From Anaeramoeba ignava BMAN (lineage: Eukaryota > Protista > Anaeramoebae), in NCBI GenBank assembly GCA_028826165.1, contig JAPDFW010000100.1, positions 62,001 to 126,000 of the forward strand: DNA of 64,000 bases, written 5' to 3'. Below, piece by piece: positions 63,204 to 64,000 of the stretch (the first letter of the stretch is position 1; every line of letters starts with the position of its first letter). The translations under genes and the position numbers were made by a program. The notes under the pieces were generated by a model. It did no database searches. It saw nothing but the letters and a program-made list of their open reading frames with translations, and had not been told where the DNA came from.

Positions 63204-64000
63204 TTAATTATTAAATTTGTTAATTAATAAATCAAATAAATTTGGATTTGTTTGATTTAATTGAAAATAATCAATTCCAATTTCAATTTCATTAATTATT
63301 TCTTGTGTAATTTGAATTTCATCTTTAATTTGATTTGAATAAATCCAATATTCAAATAATTGAAATGATTTATTACTTAATTCACTATAATCTGTAACTT
63401 TATTAGATTTATCTTCAGTAACAGATAAAAACATTCCTCGATATAATTCACTTCTCATTATTAATATTAATTTTGGAAATTTATATTGTTTTTCTTTTCT
63501 TTCAATAATAAAATCTTTTTCATTTTCATTTTCATTTTCATTTAAATAAATTCTTTTCATTGTTTCTTCAATTTTTTCATTTGAATTTATAATTTCTTTA
63601 ATTTCATAATATAATTTTGGATTTATTTTAGAATTATTTGAATAAATCATTTCAAATATTTGATTTGATTCTTTAATTGATTTTTTTGAAATAATTTCTT
63701 GAAGTTTTTCAATTTGATTTTGATTTTGATTTAATCTATATTTTAATATTAATTTATGAGCTTCAATTATTTCTCCATTTTCTGTTTTAAATGAAATATT
63801 GCAAAATTCTTTTCTTCTAAATAATTTTATCAAATCTTCTTCAAGATTGGAAAAAGAAAGAGGAGAATAATAAAGAAATGAATTTTCATATCCACAAGAA
63901 ATATGATAATTAAAATATTTTCATTAAATCTTAATTTAGGAAGTTTGATTTGAATTGGAATCGATTGTTCATTTGTATTTCCAGTTCCTAATTGACCATA
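63204..64000 (-). CDS. RCC1-repeat plus BTB-domain protein (5' end outside the window)
   Basis: YGQLGTGNTNEQSIP…ISCGYENSFL (RCC1 repeat), then AHKLILKYR and LILIMRSELYRGMF…WIYSN (BTB-like). Confidence 0.85.

Noticed and set aside
29514-64000. Alternative genetic code or U12/non-canonical introns in the housekeeping genes
   Set aside because: All introns reconstructed here are GT-AG and restore frame; TAA, TAG and TGA all serve as terminators, and conserved Trp uses TGG.

Overview
Extremely AT-rich eukaryotic (protist) genomic DNA with spliceosomal GT-AG introns and the standard genetic code. The gene families (BTB-Kelch, BTB-BACK-TLDc, RCC1-BTB), N/Q and E/N runs and TCATTTT initiator-like elements suggest an Anaeramoeba-like metamonad amoeba; this is inference only. 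The window has two compartments. (1) 1-28.5 kb is a gene-poor tandem segmental-duplication array. It holds three ~622-624 aa secreted, probably GPI-anchored LamG/ConA-fold surface-protein genes with near-identical frameworks and four short, mosaic hypervariable blocks. It also holds one type-I membrane LamG-ectodomain/RasGAP 'receptor' gene that stops just after the arginine finger, and a 965-bp TIR element with an AAT target duplication and an internal 25-bp perfect hairpin. The array's breakpoints fall in microsatellites. (2) 28.7-64 kb is a compact housekeeping block: ALIX/Bro1, SMAP-like ArfGAP, SLC35F, bZIP, a long-tailed beta-tubulin, a bacterial-type MFS, AP-1 gamma, a truncated NPHP4, UTP15, Kelch-BTB, UFD1, BTB-TLDc and RCC1-BTB. 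The longer introns are each filled with their own tandem repeat. The best candidate for a new system is the variable LamG surface-receptor array next to a receptor-RasGAP. The next best is the pair of inverted intronic satellites flanking an in-frame, stop-free 708-nt exon cassette in the ArfGAP gene. Splice sites were inferred by eye from frame and homology, with no transcript data.
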